The position numbers and the translations under genes were made by a program. A model generated the notes under the pieces. The model worked only from the letters and a program-made list of their open reading frames with translations. It did not search any database and was not told the origin of the DNA. A stretch of 64,000 nucleotides of DNA from Leucoraja erinacea (lineage: Eukaryota), in the NCBI RefSeq assembly GCF_028641065.1, contig NC_073377.1:57660001-57724000 (forward strand), read 5' to 3'. This document shows, piece by piece, positions 21,650-34,423 of the stretch (positions are counted from its first letter, which is position 1; the number at the start of each line of letters is the position of its first letter).

Positions 21650-23868
21650 TTCCAAAGATGGGCAAACCAGTCATATTGTAACCCAGCTCCATGGGTTGGA
21701 GAGGGGAGGCTGATTAAGCTTCTCTAGTTCCTTGTGGATGTAATCAACCGTGTTGGAAATGTGTTTGGAGTTGGTTAGTTAGTTTAGTTTAATGTCACGT
21801 GGACTGAGGTACAGTGAAAAGCCAAGGGCAACATTCCACCCAATCAAGGCACCAGCAGGAAGAAGTGTAGGGCCATGCGATAGGGCATTACAATCCCCAA
21901 ATAGCAGGATGTTGTCCAAGAATAGGGTAGCCAGGGATAAGCCCTTTGGCCTCAGATGAAATAAGTACCAGATGAATGATTTTATGCTGAAGGAGAACCA
22001 AGTGACATTAATAGGTCTCCCAATGGTGCAGTGATAAAACCCTGTGCAGTAACTATATAGACTACCCTCTGAGATGTTGAAATAGCGGGAGCCTGGGCTG
22101 TTCCGCACGTGGTGGCCTCCTTTTTCCAGCAGTTCTTTGGACCACAGGTTGATCATCTGTGGGTCGGCAGGTCTGTACTACCACAGGAAACCGTGTTGTG
22201 TTGCCACATTGCTCTTGCCTCCCCTGGTTGTTTTTTCAGACAAGTCTTTCTCGCTTTTGATTCAAGGGGTCTAATGTTGTGAAGGGGTGTCATCTTCATC
22301 CAAGTTGTTACTACTGGAAGATTCGTCAGATCCAAGCTCTATTTTCTGATTTAATGCAGGGCTTTCAGATTGAGGTACAAATGTGGCAGCCCATATTTAG
22401 CCCCATTTTTAATTTTTTTATTTTCAGGTTCTAGTTTTTCGCTTCAGCTTCTAGTGTTTCATATTTCAGCTTTTCATTTTGCAACTGCTCAGGTATTGCC
22501 ACTAACTGTTCCTTAGCACATTTCACTTCCTGGTCATGTTGACAACTTTCCATAATGGTGCTCCTTTGCCAAACTTGCCCCCTTTTTGTTAAGGAACGGC
22601 TGACTTGCTCTTTGTCTTTTGGATGTGTTGTCTTTCCCCAGATTCTTTTAATATCTTCCAAAAAGCATTGTCCTTTAGGGGCATTGTCCTTTAGAGGGCA
22701 TCATACTTTACCTCAAACTCCGCACAAGCTTATTTTTCTAGTTTGAATTGGTAGTCTGTAAAATTTTATAATTTGACAAGAATCTTATATCTTCAGTAAT
22801 ATCAAGCAGGAACCTTTACTGTTGTTGGTGATTGTTTGTCAGCCATGAACAGCTAAGGGGTCCCGAGCCAGGTAGGTATTAGCCAGGTTGGTTAATTGTT
22901 ACAATTACTGCTGATGACTTCAGACCAGTCAAATTTAGGAAGCCTTGAGCCAACTACCAAACCAGAGAATGTTTGGTTTGTCTGGAGAAAATATACACAA
23001 CCAACAATGAACCTGGACGTTTAATGAAGAGGAGTCCTTACCTCTAAGGGCATTTGTGAGGGTTCAATTTGTTACAAATACCTATGAGAGAAAAGCGAGT
23101 GTTACCAAGCTTCTGAATTCACTGGGGTGGAACCTTCTTCAAGACAGACGTATAGCTCACCATTTGACATGTTTTTACAAAATGTTAAATGGTCAGTTCG
23201 ACATAGATTACCCAACCTACACCAAAAGCCAAACCTATTAGGAGCAGATGAGGGCATTCGATCCAATTTGAGATACCAGCAACCAAGACAGATGTGGTCA
23301 GCAATTAATTCTTCCCCACACAATTAAAGCATGGAATAATCTTCAACCTACCATAGTTACTCAACTAGACGCAACTAAATTTAAGGTAGTTCTTCTCCTC
23401 CAAGAATCCTTTTTTGCTTAAGTCCGCCCTCCGCCACCTCCAGTTTCAATTCCATTTGGAATATTTTGAAGGACCAAGAATGTCCGGGTTTTCCTTCCAG
23501 ACAGATCCTGCTGACTACTATTGGAAGATAACTTTTACTCATGTTCAGTCCAGTCGTAAGTTTCAAGGCTTCTTTATTCACAGCTTACAGTCGTTACATA
23601 TCCAGAAAAGAGGAGCTGAATCCACTAGGACAAACTAAAAATCTACCAAGAACTGCAACACGTGTTTGCTTATCTATACAAAATAATTAGGCTATCAATC
23701 TCTGCATCATTTCTCACTGGCTCAAAACCAATCACCCAGGTTGTGTCCTTTGCTTATTGGTCCTGATCCCTGGGGGGCGGTTGGCATTACCTCATTACCT
23801 TTGTTCTATTAAGGGGTTGTTGTTCACAGTTCTGCCTTAGTTTTTAATCAGTTCTAACCTTGAGTTCA
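21650..23868 (-). mobile_element. Putative endogenous retrovirus 5' LTR plus degenerate gag (ERV-L/class III-like)
   Basis: The minus strand starts TGT at 23868, with TATA-like and AATAAA (plus-strand tttatt at about 23573) signals. Downstream peptides include a coiled coil (KEQLVAIPEQLQNEKLKYETLE) and PVVTT..IRPL..LKKQPGEARAMW, similar to the ERV-L gag QxPGExxxxW motif. Confidence 0.45.
23040..23400 (+). mobile_element. LINE 3' fragment (CR1/L2 group) inserted in the putative LTR
   Basis: FVTNTYERKASVTKLLNSLGWNLLQDRR..FYKMLNG, then FFPHTIKAWNNL. Confidence 0.8.
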
Positions 23869-24019
23869 CAAGCTGTTCTTTTCAAGGTTCAAGGAGTCAG
23901 CAGTTTCTAACAAACTTACTCCAGCAATTCTCTGCAAATCCCTACATTGAGCAAATCGTTCATACACTAGTCCTTTTCTGAAGGTCTCATGTAAGAGTTT
24001 ACTTTGGATTTCAGAGTTT

Positions 24020-24403
24020 AGAGATAGGTGTGGAAACAGGCCCTTCGGCCCACCGAGTCCATGCTGATCATTGATCACCCATACACAAGTTCTATATTAT
24101 CCCACTTTTGCATCCTACATACTAGGGGCAATCTACAGAAACCAATAACATTATAAATCTGCAGTTCTTTGGAATGTGGAAGGAAACTAGAGCACCTGGA
24201 GAAAACCCACAGGGTCACAAACAAGTTTTCTAGTTTAGATCAGTTTCGTTTTTTGTCACGTGTACCAAGGTCGTGTGAAAAGCTTTTTGTTGTGTGCTAA
24301 CCAGTCAGCAGAAACATACAATCTCTACACCGATAGCAGGATCGAAGCTGGGTTTCTGGCGCTATAAAGCTGCAACTCTATTGCTGCGTTAATGTGTCGC
24401 CGT
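24020..24403 (-). mobile_element. V-SINE (HE1-like), degenerate
   Basis: ggaaacaggcccttcggcccaccgagtcc tail and reverse V-domain. Confidence 0.75.
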
Positions 24404-24943
24404 AAGGGTGTGTGTGTAAATACTCATTGTCTGGCTTGTCACAAAGCCTGTAAGAATGATGTACGTGGTGAGGTAGTCTTATTCCAGCCCTTCACAGGTC
24501 TTTGGGTGGAGCCTTGAGTTAGTTCTTGTCACCTGGTAAGTGGCTCACAGAATCACGTCGGCAGGGATAAAACATGTGGCAGGTCAGGGAACATCCATTG
24601 GGGGAGGAGGAGAGTTAATGTTTCATGCCGATGATCTTTCATCTGAAGATAGATAGATATTTCATTTGATGATAGACAAAAGATAAATCTGAACTGGGAT
24701 GAAACGCTCCTTGGAGAGCTGGAAGATGGGACCACTGCTTGTTATTGACTTTTGGATGGTTGATTCTCCTGGCAAGAACCTATTGCCTTTAGCTTCGGAA
24801 CTAATAAGTTGCACGTTTTTTGAATACTTTCCTGTTCTCTGTAGTTATACTGTAGACCAAGTGGGACTATCCATGAAGCATCTTTGCAAAAAACTAAGAT
24901 AAGCTTGGGTTCAGCTGTGAGACTTAACACCAAATTTCTACTA

Positions 24944-27172
24944 CAGGTGCACAACCTTTTATCCGAAGATCCAAATAACGAAAACCTCCGAATAGCGGAC
25001 ATTTTTTTCGGTCCTTGAAGAAAGGTCCTTGAAAACGGGCACCGAGGGCGGCCCGCAGAGGTGACAGCGGAACCTCCGGTCGGTCCTCGAAGAAAGGGGA
25101 ACTAAATCCCCATTCATAAAAGAGAAGGTGAGAGTATATTGCGCGGGAGGGTTAATAATTGACAATATGCTGCTACCTGCCCGCTGAGTTAAAAAGTTCC
25201 CACAGTAGACTCACGATACACAGTGTATCGTGAGTCTTGCGTGGGAACTTTTTAACTCAGCGTGCAGGCAGCAGCAGATTGTCGCTCCCTTCAGTTTCAC
25301 TCCACCTACATCCCTCTGCTTCCCGGCCATGTGTGTGACCCCTTCCCTCCCCAGCTCCCCGCTCATTGCACCGGCGTGGGGGCTTTGCACTGTCTTCACG
25401 TCGGCGATGCTAGCAGCACAGTCCCAGTCACCGGAGACGTCAGGACCAACGGGACACCGACCCCCAGGCCCACTGCAAGCACGGAGATCCCAGAGACCCG
25501 CAGCCGGCAGCAGCCGAGCCCCGTTCCAACTCCAGAGGAAAACTGCAATCTGGCCGGAGACGTCAGGACCACCAGAAGCCGCTCCCCGAGCTGCGCCCCC
25601 TCATCGGGACACTGACCCCCAGGCCCACTGCAAGCACGGAGATCCCAGATCAGCAACTCCAGCCCAGCCCCATTCCAACTCCAGAGGAACACGCTCCCCG
25701 TATGGGCAGAAGCTGATGGTGTGCAAGGGACGTCTTGTTCTTGGGGTCGCGCAGCTCGGGCTGTGGGCGAACTGCCACTTGTCGCCGTAGCGGCCCATCG
25801 GGGAGCGGATTCCTCTGGAGTTGGAGGGGGAGGGGGGTATTGTGCTGTTTGATCGCCCCCTACTATCCCAGGGACAGGGAGACAGGACGTTCACCGAGGG
25901 CGGCCCGCAGAGGTGACAGCGGAACCTCCGGTCGGTCCTTGAAGAAAGGGGAACTAAATCCCCATTCATAAAAGAGAAGGCGAGAGTATATTGCACGGGA
26001 GGGTTAATAATTGACAATATGCTGCTACCTGCCCGCTGAGTTAAAAAGTTCCCACGGTAGACACGGTACACAGTGTAGGCAGCAGCAGATTGTCGCTCCC
26101 TTCAGTTTCACCCCACCTACACCCCTCTGGTTCCCGGCCATGTGTGTGACCCCTTCCCTCCCCTCTCCAGCACCGGCTCATTGCACCGGCGCGGGGGCTT
26201 TGCACTGTCTTCATGTTGGCGATGGCAGCAGGTCAGTACAGTCACCGGAGACGTCAGGACCAATTGGACGTCGACCACCAGGCCCGCCGCAAGCACGGAG
26301 ATCCCAGAGACCCACAGCCGGCAGCAGCCCAGCCCCGCTCCAACTACAGAGGAACCTGGGTTGCGGATGACGGAGCGCAGCTCGGGGCGTCATAGGGGCC
26401 AATCGGGGAGCGGGTTCCTGTTGGTCCTGACGTCTCTGGCCACCTGCTATCCTCCGGGAACTGTACCGCCCTTGCAGGAGAGTGGGGTTGTTTGCAGTTG
26501 CAGAGGGAGGGGGCAAGGGCGGTACAGTTCCCAGTCTCAGCTCCTGTCCAGGTGAGTGGCTGGAGACGTCAGGACCTACGGGACACCGACCCCCAGGCCC
26601 ACTGAAAGCACGGAGATCCCAGAGACCCACAGCCAGCAGCAACTCCAGCCCAGCCCCGCTCCAACTCCAGAGGAACACGTAGGGGCAGAAGCGGATGGTG
26701 TGCAAGGTATGTCTCGTTCTTGGGGTGGCGCAGCTCGGGCTGTGGGCAAACTGCCACTTGTCGCCGTAGCGGCCCATCGGGGAGAGGATTCCTCTGGAGT
26801 TGGAGGGGGGTATTGTGCTGTTTGATCGCCCTCTGCTATCCCTGGGACAGGGAGACACAGCGGCTTTTTAAGACTGGTGGGCAATCATTTCCAAAGTTCT
26901 GCCCACACAGTCAGTACACCTCTCCTACACTGCATTTCATACAAACATTTATTCTGCAAAAAAAACCCTACATTGGAGACTCAAACTCGCGACCGAGTAA
27001 CTGCCGAGATCAAGGCGCAAACTCGCGACCTTGCGGATATGAGGCCGAGCACTCTACCACTGAGCCAGCCATTAAAACCTACGCTAAAAAATTTCCATTC
27101 CGAAGACCGACAAATTCTGAATTACGATAAGTGTCTGGTCCCAAGGCTTTCGGATAAAAGGTTGTGCACCTG
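24944..27172. mobile_element. Non-autonomous Tc1/mariner-pogo (Tigger-like) DNA transposon
   Basis: Perfect 24-bp TIRs CAGGTGCACAACCTTTTATCCGAA / TTCGGATAAAAGGTTGTGCACCTG with TA on both sides (24942-24943, 27173-27174). Internal duplication of about 850-950 bp; no transposase. Confidence 0.92.
27008..27070 (-). other. tRNA-Met-like (CAT) pseudo-sequence inside the TIR element
   Basis: GGCTGGCTCAGTGGTAGAGTGCTCGGCCT-CAT-ATCCGCAAGGTCGCGAGTTTGCGCC. A-box is good; the B-box/T-arm and stems are degenerate. Confidence 0.55.
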
Positions 27173-27855
27173 TAGCACTCATCTGTCCACTGGGATGCAT
27201 TGAGGTCTGCTTCATTTGTTTCCCTCACAAAAATGCAGGGCACTGATTATCTCATGAAGTATCACGACTGCAATGAAGTCCTGCTATTGAGACCTGCTTT
27301 CTAGGGTCTGGTCCACATGGTATTAACTGTATTTCTGTGACAGCTCCAGGACAAGATTCCAGTTGAGTGCTTCATGAAGCTTGAAATCAGTACGAACTAG
27401 GGATACACAGAAAGTAAAACTGTGATTAAACAAAATATATACCCTTTGCCCACATGCACTATTAGCAGTCGCATTTTCTCCTAAAATTAATTATACAGAA
27501 TCCAAAATAATGTTTCAAGTGGTTTCCACAACTGTTCTAACCACTGGAGCTTCAGTGAAGTTTGCAGATTGGGAAGTAACTGATGGAACAGTGCAAGATA
27601 AAGGGCTCTATTTCATGCAACACTGGCACCAGCACTGGGACAATAAATCAGAAAATAAATCAGGCTCCATCTGAACTATCAGAAATAGTAAACATGGCCA
27701 ATATCAGAACACTAACCTCCAATTAGGATGATATAGTACTTAGGTGGGATAAAGTTAATGGAAATACCAATGTTAAATAAATAGAAAGAATGATGGTCAG
27801 AAACTGTGCTTTAAACACTCACAGTAAAGGGGAAACTAAAGGATATAAATCAGGA

Positions 27856-28130
27856 GACCGTGTGCAGCTGGTAGAGTGAAAACCTGGGTTCAGTCCTGAC
27901 CTCAGATATTGTCTGTGTGGAGTTTGCACTTTCATCCACAAGACTACTTGCATTTCCTTGCACATCCCAAAGACATGCTGATTTGTAGGTCAATTGTTTG
28001 CTGTAAATTGCCCTAAGTGCGCAGGGAATAGATGAGAAAGTGGGACACATAGAACTAGTGTGGACGGGTGATCAATGGTCGGCGTGGACTCGGTGGGATG
28101 AACGGCCTGTTTCCATTCTGTATCTCAAAA
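27856..28130 (+). mobile_element. V-SINE (HE1-like)
   Basis: gggttcagtcctgacc..tgtgtggagtttgcac..caaagacatg..tail. Confidence 0.8.
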
Positions 28131-28187
28131 CAATATAAGGAGTTAAAGATTGATACAAAGTGCTAGAGTAGCACAACAAATCAGGCA

Positions 28188-28545
28188 GCATAGAAACATA
28201 GAAACATAGAAAATAGGTGCAGGAGTAGGCCATTCGGCCCTTGGAGCCTGCACTGCCATTCAATATGATCATGGCTGATCATCCAACTCAGTATCCCATC
28301 CCTGCCTTCTCTCCATACCCCCTGATCCCTTTAGCCACAAGGGCCACATCTAACTCCCTCTTAAATATAGCCAATGAACTGGCCTCAACTACCTTCTGTG
28401 GCAGAGAATTCCACAGATTCACCTCGGTCCTAAAAGACTTCCCTCTTATCCTTAAACTGCGATCCCTAGTTCTGGACTTCCCCAACATCGGGAATAATCT
28501 TCCTGCATCTAGCCTGTCCAACCCCTTAAGAATTGTGTAAGTTCT
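28188..28545 (-). mobile_element. HER1/CR1 3' end nested in a Penelope mini-element (about 28150-28710)
   Basis: (CATAGAAA)n tail; YTILKGLDRLDAGRLFPMLG. Flanked by inverted pLTR halves, with CTGAAGA at about 28583. Confidence 0.85.
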
Positions 28546-29694
28546 CTGTAAGCATCTCTGGACAACAGGGAACTGACACAGTCTGAAGAAGGGTCCTGAC
28601 CCCGAATCCCACCTATCCATAGTCTCAGAGATGCTGCCTGACTCACTGAATTATTCCAACACTTTGCGTCCTTTTTTTGTAAACCAGCATTGCAGTTCCT
28701 TGTTTCTACAAGGAGTAAACGGTTATTGCACAAGAAGCAGTGTTTTTTTTTTTGCTTAGCACAATTCTTTTGGGCACCACACAATGGAATTTAACTTTAA
28801 ACCAAATTATTGAATGCACTTGAGTCCTTTGTGACCTGGTGGCAGAGAGCAGCATTTTATTCCACTTGTTATGCAAGTTTGACTCGGAGGCCCCTGGACA
28901 GAGGTAGTGAAATCAGATGGCCATCATTTCATGTTTTAACGCTATTTGCCAAAAATTAATTTGTGCACCCGAAGCTTGGGAAAAGTACCAATCTCTTGCA
29001 CTGAAGTGAGGCTTAACAAAAGGTATGCGCCTATATTCCTTAAAGTGACCATCTTAGCTTATCAACTACGAGTGAGTCTGAGATGTCCATCTTCTGTCAG
29101 TCAGCTTGCCTTTAAAGAGTTTAGCAATTTTAAAGATTTTCTTCATAGTATTCTCTCACAACCTCCTCCAACGTCACTGCCAATGTCACTGGGGTATTTC
29201 AAACATGTCTCCAATATGGGCCCCAGCCTGATCAAATCACCAGCTCTAATGTACCATCTCCTGGATTTCCATCCCACAATACCCATCATCTGTCCCAATC
29301 TTCATAAGCTTGATCTTTGATTTGTGATCATATGTTTGCGAGAGAAACAACTTTCACTTGCTGTTGAATCTGGATCTAGGGATAAAATTAGAGGCAAGTC
29401 CAATACTACAAAGGAATGTGAAGATTTCCAATTGACATCTCATCGTAAACTTGAGTAAGATATTTATGTATTGACAGATTTGCGATTAAGGCAATTATAT
29501 GTTGCTGGATCGTGAATCAGCCATCAATTCAATATATGGCAGAACAGCTCAAAGAATACAATGGTCTGCTTCTTTTCTTATGCTCCTATGTTCCTGCAAA
29601 AATTCTGTTTTTCTGCCACCAATTATTTTCCTCTCATGTCTGAGGTTGAACTTAACTATATGTAAACATGCCATCCCACTTGACCCAGAGGGGA

Positions 29695-29982
29695 TAGCAT
29701 GGTAGCACAGCGGTAGAGTTGCTGCCTTACAGCGGCAGAGACCCAGGTTCGATCCTGTCTATGGGTGCGGTCTGTACGGAGTTTGTACATTCTCCCAATG
29801 AGGATGTGGATTTTCTGGTCCCTGGTGCTCTGGTTTCCTCCCACATTCCAAAGACGTGCAGGTATGAAGATAAATTGATTTAGACAAAATTGTAAATTGT
29901 CCCTAGTGTATTGCTTGTGTCGGCGTGGACTCGGTGGGCCGAAGGGTCTGTTTCTGCTCTGTATCTCCAAACTAAACTAAGT
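29695..29982 (+). mobile_element. V-SINE (HE1-like), well preserved
   Basis: A-box tagcacagcgg, B-box ggttcgatcc, V-domain and (aacta)n tail. Confidence 0.9.
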
Positions 29983-30284
29983 TGAGGTTTTGGCACCAAA
30001 TCCTCTCTGTCTCCAAGGTTGCCTGTTTTCATGCCAGCTTATGTCCTGCTAAAGTCTCCAATCACGCCCTTTGTTAGCCTGACCATTATCATGCTCTTTG
30101 GCTGAGTATGAGCCCATTCCTGAACTCTACTTCTTGCATCCTTACTCATATCAAGTTTTATTTGCTCAACACCCTGAGTTTACCAGCTCCTACTGGCAAT
30201 GCTGTTATTTCATTTCCTCTATTGATACAATCTGTGGACTCACCTTTCCCATTCTCTGTAACATCCTCAGCCTGCATACCAGTC

Positions 30285-32235
30285 CATAGAAACATAGAAA
30301 ATAGGTGCAGCAGTAGGTCATTCAACCGTTTTGAGCCAGCACCGCCATTCAATATGATCATGGCTGATCATCCAAAATCAATACCCCTTTCCGGCTTTTT
30401 CCCCGTATCCCTTGATTCCCTTAGCCCAAAAAGAGCCAACTCTAACTCTCTCTTGAAAACATGAAGTAGTGAATTGGTCTCCACTGCCTTCTGTGGCAGA
30501 GAATTCCACAGATTCACTACTCTCTGGGTGAAGAAGTTTTTCCTCATCTAAGTCCTAAAGAGCCTTCCCCTTATTCTTAAACTGTGACCTCTGGTTCATG
30601 ACTCAACAACATCGGGAACATTTTTCCTGCCTCTAGCCTCATCAATCCCTGAAGAATTTTATATGTATCAGAAAGATCCCATCCTTCTAAATTCCAGCGA
30701 ATACAAACCCAGTCAACCCATTCTTTCATCATATGTCTGTCCCAGCATCACGGGAATTAACCTGGTGAACCTACGTTGCAATCGCTCAATATTAAGAATG
30801 TTCTTCCTCAAATTAGGAGAACAAAATTGCACACAAAACTCCAGGTGCGATCTCACCAGGGCCCTGTACAACTGCAGTAGGATCTCCTTACTCCTAAACT
30901 CAAATCTTCTCACAATGAAGGCATACTTCAAGTGACCTATGTACAAGCACACACAGGTCTCGTTGCACCTACCCTTCTCCTAATTTGACACCATTCCCTC
31001 GATAATAATCCGCCTTCCTGTTCTTGCCACCAAAGTGGATAACCTCACATTTATCCACATTGTACTGCATCTGCCATGCTTCTGCCCACTCACCTAACCT
31101 ATCCAAGTGACTCTGCCGCCTCATAGCATCCTCCTCACAGCTCATACTGCCACCCAGCTTTGTGCCATCTGCAAATTTCGAGATGTTACATTTAATATCC
31201 GCCCCTGTCTAAATTGTTAACCTAAATTTAAACAACTGGGGACCCAGCTTCGCCCCTTGCTAACCTATCCCAGTATTTACTGCCTCATGCGGCACACACA
31301 CTGCCACTAGCTTTTATCTGCCTTGCGATGTTACATTTAATTCCCCTGTCTAAATTGTTAATATAAATTGTAAACAACTGGGGACCCAGCAGCGAGCCTT
31401 GCGGCACCCCACTAGTTACTGCCTTGCGGCACCCCACTAGTTACTGCCTGCCATTCTGAAAAAGTACCCGTTAATTCCTACCCTTTGTTTCTTGTCTGCC
31501 AACCAATTCTCTATCCATGTCAATACCCTACCCCCAATACCAAGGACCTGCCCTTGTTCTTTTTCTTACCCACATCATTTGTGCCTCCATGCACAACTAC
31601 TCCCGGCTGCTCCCCTTCCCTCCAGAGGATGTTCTGAATTTGGTCTGAGACGTCTTGGACCCTGCACCAGGGATGCAACTTACCATCTTCGAGTCTCGCT
31701 TGTCACCACAGAATCTCTAGTCGCCCACCACTATGGCTCTACCTCATGTCGGTCTCGTCAGTCTCGCCTCAGCACCAGGATTTGAGTAACAGACCTGTCC
31801 TCCACTCGGAGTGGACGCCCCGTCTGCCCCGACAGCTCCCAAGAGGGTGTAGCTGTTCACAAGAGGTACTTGCACCGAGGTCTTCCACACTCGCTTCATC
31901 CCCTTTCTTTCTGTCTCTACCCATCACACCTCCTGCACTATTGGAGTGATGACATGACTGTAGGTCCTGTCCAGTAATCTTTAATCTTCTTGAATAGACC
32001 GCAGGTCATCCAGCTGCTGCTTCAGTTCCCTAGCTCGATCCCTGAGGAGCTGCATCTGGACACATTTCCCACAGGTGTAGTGGTCAGTGACACCAGCAGT
32101 GCCCCTGACTTCCCACATCCTGCAACAAACACACTGTAATAACATTCCTGCCATCGCAAGTTTAAATATTTAAATTAAATTAAACTCACAACCGTAGCCC
32201 CCTTGCCTCAGCCTCTTCACCGAAGACTCTCGAGC
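30285..32235 (-). mobile_element. CR1 LINE, internally deleted (RT 3' half plus ORF1/5' remnants)
   Basis: RSKEILLQLYRALVRSHLEFCVQF; plus-strand cggcaccccactagttactgcc encodes AVTSGVPQG; ORF1-like remnants at 31650-32160. Confidence 0.85.
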
Positions 32236-32240
32236 CAAAA

Positions 32241-32579
32241 GGGCCTGTCCCACATATGCAACTTTTTTGGCGACTGCTGGCATCCGTCATAGGTCATTGC
32301 AGGTCGGTGAAAATTTTCAACATGTTGAAAATTCAGCGGCGACCAGAAAGACGCTACAATTCTTTGGATGACTGAGCAGACGACTCACAACCATACGGGC
32401 GACACCCCGGTGACATGTCGCGGGGTGAAGCCTGTATGGTCGTGAGTAGTCGCCCAAAGAGTCGTACCTTGTTCTGGTCGCTGCTGGATTTTCAACATGT
32501 TGAAAATTTTTGGCGACCTGTAACAACCTATGACGGGTGCCGGCAGTCGCCGAAAAAGTTGCGTAAGTGGGACAGGCCC
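32241..32579. mobile_element. Palindromic MITE, PIF/Harbinger-like
   Basis: TIRs GGGCCTGTCCCAC / GTGGGACAGGCCC with arms that pair imperfectly for about 150 bp; flanks AAA and TAA. Confidence 0.85.
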
Positions 32580-33129
32580 TAAATACTCGCACTTTACCAA
32601 AAGTCCCATGCACGTTCCTGCCTACATTTACCAAGTTCTGGGGCTCAAAGACACAAAGGTGGGAAATGCTTTCCATTTACTCACAACACCTTTGCCCCTA
32701 TCTCCTTTCAAGTTGCTCATTAAAACTTTTCTCTCTTTGCCCAAAGTTTTGAGTTTTGATCATCTGTCCTAATGTTTCTTTACGTTTCTAGAGTACTGAT
32801 GTTTGTCTGAAAACACTTCTGTGAAGTGCCCTGGGCAGTTTTACTCCATTAAAGGTACAAAAGGAATACAACTTGTTTCTGTTTCCAAGCATCAGCGGGG
32901 AGTGACCGCTGTGGGTCAAAGAGGTCATTCGCATATTTTGCTGTGTACTAATGCTGACAGATGAGACCAATTTAAAACCACTCTTGCTGCTGATGCCACC
33001 AGATGTCCTGGTCATATTACCATCTGGAGCCTTGCTGTCATGGAATTACTTGCAACAGCTTTACAAAAAACCCAGCAATGTGACTAAAACACAGTTCAGA
33101 AGTGAGTAAAATGCATTATTTTGGACTCT

Positions 33130-33585
33130 AGATAGACACAGAATGCTGGAGTAACTCAGCGGGTCAGGCAGCATCTCTGGAGAAAATGAATGGGTGACAT
33201 AAAGTGACGTACCTTTAGAAAGAAGATGAGAAGAAATGTCTTTAGTTAGAGGATTATGAATCTCATTGCCACAGATGGCTGTGGGGGCCAAGTCAATGGA
33301 TATCTCTAAGGTGGAGATTGATAGATTTTTGATTCGTAAGGGTGACAGAGGTTATGGTGCAAAGGCAGGAAAATGAAGTTGAAAGGGAAAGATAGATCAG
33401 CCATGATTGAATGACGGGATAGACTTGATGGCCTTATTCTTCTCCTTGAACTTACAAACTTCAGAGTTCAACCCAAAATGTCACCTATTCCTTTTCTCTA
33501 GAGATGCTGCCTGACCTGCTGATTTACTCCAGCATGTTGTGCCTATCATTAGTGTGAACCAGCACCTGCAGTTCCTTCCTACATG
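33130..33585. mobile_element. Penelope inverted-pLTR mini-element with nested CR1 tail pieces
   Basis: Inverted pLTR halves; ACTCTAG on both flanks. Confidence 0.65.
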
Positions 33586-34132
33586 CTTTGATACTCTAGT
33601 CAATTTTCTCATCTTTGACTTTCTAGGTCACTGGAAGGTAATTTCCAATATCTTCACAGATACTTACAGCAGACTGGTAACATGGCAAAATGGTATTTTT
33701 CATGCGACTTCATTCCCTTCAGCACTGATCCCAAGCAGCATTTCAGTAGTTGGCTATCTGGAACAAAATCAAAGGATGCACCTTTCAACACACTAACCCA
33801 TTGTTCCTAAAGGGACCTTGCCAGCTACTTGATGTCTTGGTCTGTACCTCTACACTATTCGATTTCGGTACATTGGCAGATTAGTTGTTATCCCACTGGT
33901 TGGCTACTGCATGTTGGTAATAAGGGAGGAAGAGTAAGGTAAGCCAAGGTAGAGGGAGGAGTGGATTATCAAAGTGTTACAAACTGTTTGGCATAGCCAG
34001 GAGAATCTTAAGATAAAAATGGTGGTCATCGTGGAATGTGCAGAAACCAGGATTTCCCATTACAAATTATTTCTCATTGAAATTGCATCATAGAGGGAAT
34101 GGAATCCAATTTCTAAACATTTTAGTTTTATT

Positions 34133-34423
34133 GGTTTTAGAGATGCAGTGCAGAAACAGACCCTTCGGCCCACTGAGTCCGTGTCAACGAGCAATCCCCG
34201 TACTATACTATACACTAGGGACAATTTACAATTTTACCAAAGCCAATTAACCTACAAACCTGCATGTCTATGGAGTGTGGGAGGAAACCAGAGCACCCAG
34301 AGAAAACCAACACAGGTCACGAGGAGAATATACAAACTCAGTACAGACAGCACCCATGGTCGGGTTCGAACCCAGGTCTCTAGCACTGTAGGGCAGCAGC
34401 TCTATGCTGCGCCACCATGCCGT
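34133..34423 (-). mobile_element. V-SINE (HE1-like)
   Basis: Minus-strand head ggcatggtggcgcagc..gggttcgaacc, V-domain and tail. Confidence 0.88.

Noticed and set aside
25230-26884. Many long ORFs and spaced repeats that resemble a gene or a CRISPR array
   Set aside because: GC-rich degenerate modules within a TIR element. There is no constant repeat/unique spacer structure, no cas genes, and the context is eukaryotic.
27008-27070. Functional tRNA-Met gene
   Set aside because: The acceptor and anticodon stems do not pair properly, and the T-loop lacks GTTCRA.
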